A stretch of 64,000 bases of DNA from positions 150,301 through 214,300 of the IMG/VR virus record IMGVR_UViG_3300037116_000299; one strand, given 5' to 3'. Positions within the stretch are counted from its first letter, which is position 1; every line of letters begins with the position of its first letter. Under the pieces are notes generated by a model. That model was given only the letters and a program-made list of their open reading frames with translations. It had not been told where the DNA came from and did not search any database. The position numbers and the translations under genes were made by a program. Of this stretch, positions 63,603 through 64,000 are shown piece by piece.

Positions 63603-64000
63603 AAACTGTAGCTCTTTATTTGCGCGTATCTACTGTGGACCAGCACCCGGAGACCCAGCTCCACGACCTGCGCGCGATGGCGCAACAGCGAGGTTTTCAG
63701 ATCGTGGCCGAGTACACCGACCGAATCTCGGGAACGAAAGCTCGCCGGCCGGGGCTCGATGATCTGCTCCGCGATGCCCGCCGAGGCCGTTTCCAGGCGG
63801 TGCTGGTGTGGGCCTCGGACCGGATAGCCCGGTCCGTGCGGCACTTCCTCGAGGTCCTGGACGAGTTCAACCGTCTCAGCATCGAGTTCGTCAGCTTCCG
63901 CGAGAGCATCGATACCGGCGGCCCGCTGGGGCGGGCCGTCGTCATCATCATCGGGGCGATCGCAGAACTGGAACGCAACCTCATCATCGAGCGGGTGCGG
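63599..64000 (+). CDS. serine recombinase (resolvase/invertase family), 3'-truncated by window
   Basis: Not in the ORF track. Translates MKTVALYLRVSTVDQHPETQLHDL...SGTKARRPGLDDLL...DRIARS...ESIDTGGPLGR...IAELERNLIIERVR, with catalytic YxRVS. Confidence 0.92.
   Translation, partial: MKTVALYLRVSTVDQHPETQLHDLRAMAQQRGFQIVAEYTDRISGTKARRPGLDDLLRDARRGRFQAVLVWASDRIARSVRHFLEVLDEFNRLSIEFVSFRESIDTGGPLGRAVVIIIGAIAELERNLIIERVR

Noticed and set aside
1-64000. CRISPR array or alternative genetic code
   Set aside because: No regularly spaced repeat-spacer units were seen, and multi-kb ORFs are uninterrupted and end in TAA, TAG or TGA under the standard code.

Overview
Positions 1 to about 61430 are the virion-structural (late) half and right end of a large, GC-rich, contractile-tailed temperate phage, almost entirely on the + strand. 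Gene order: scaffold/protease fragment, decoration-like protein, Com-like Zn finger, major capsid, M15 endolysin with membrane proteins, collagen-like and Ser/Thr-rich fibre proteins, an antisense GT2-TPR glycosyltransferase, neck, sheath, three tube-fold genes, two chaperone-like genes, three giant proteins plus a Clp-type ATPase, baseplate and fibre genes, excisionase-like gene, tyrosine integrase, and tRNA-Arg(CCG). Beyond the tRNA are a probable host ACT-domain gene, a repeat-rich non-coding stretch, an inverted relic of a related phage gene and a serine recombinase cut by the window end. The strongest signal is in the tail module. The 1649-aa ORF at 29330-34279 carries the catalytic motifs of a single-chain two-barrel RNA polymerase (RHP...PLL...GDTDGDRMSAH, aligning with beta-prime NRAP...HPLV...ADFDGDQMAVH). 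It sits next to a DEDDh exonuclease fused to a tape-measure-position protein, a stand-alone Clp AAA+ module with a ClpP-docking-like LGF loop, and a lytic-transglycosylase hub, suggesting an injected early-infection toolkit. A 16-bp motif found three times ahead of late genes and a candidate virion-glycosylation pair are further leads. All functional calls are by-eye motif and synteny inference; no searches were run. The host lineage (possibly Acidobacteria) is a guess.
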